Assembly: GCA_963823665.1 (NCBI GenBank)
Contig: CAWGMQ010000008.1
Span: 2,016,001 to 2,080,000, forward strand
DNA: 64,000 nt
Origin: an uncultured Planctomycetota bacterium
Lineage (GTDB): Bacteria > Planctomycetota > Planctomycetia > Isosphaerales > Isosphaeraceae
Reading direction: 5' to 3'
Shown here: piece by piece, positions 63,974-64,000 of the stretch
Position numbering within the stretch: position 1 is the stretch's first letter
Layout of the letters: the number at the start of each line of letters is the position of its first letter
Made by a program: the position numbers and the translations under genes
The notes under the pieces: model-generated
What the model was told of the DNA's origin: nothing
Seen by the model: the letters and a program-made list of their open reading frames with translations, nothing else
The model's database searches: none

Positions 63974-64000
63974 ATCACAATGAATACCGTCGCCCTTGGC

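Overview
GC-rich bacterial DNA; the gene content and protein families suggest a planctomycete, probably Isosphaeraceae-like (inference). (1) 1-12.3 kb is a co-oriented siphovirus-like tail module: tail terminator, tail tube, a tail chaperone with a -1 slippery site C-CCA-AAA, tape measure, hub, fibre and two paralogous spike-like genes split by an IS. No sheath, integrase, replication or lysis genes are visible. (2) 12.3-24 kb is an IS-rich zone (IS3, ISL3, IS1634, ISNCY) holding a relic terS/terL pair with an RcGTA-like Walker A region, a lower-GC ispA-dxs block and an IS-split FKBP gene. (3) 24-40.6 kb is a housekeeping block: smpB, folK, dapL, yebC, TPR protein, Nth-like, rbfA, infB, nusA, tatD, queE. 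(4) 40.6-51.8 kb is an accessory zone: proteins carrying in-frame repeat-derived peptides, decayed glycosyltransferase/TPR genes, a non-canonical IscU-like gene, two group II intron relics and another IS3. (5) 52-64 kb holds an APC permease, a divergent sigma-70, a membrane GT-C-like protein, a TPR-redoxin, a Gfo/Idh/MocA oxidoreductase and a GT4 fusion. Indels in infB and smpB suggest sequencing errors, so frameshift-only pseudogene calls are tentative. The best candidate for a novel system is the tail module plus terminase relic, possibly a domesticated GTA- or tailocin-like element. All family calls come from motif recognition and gene order; no database searches were run.
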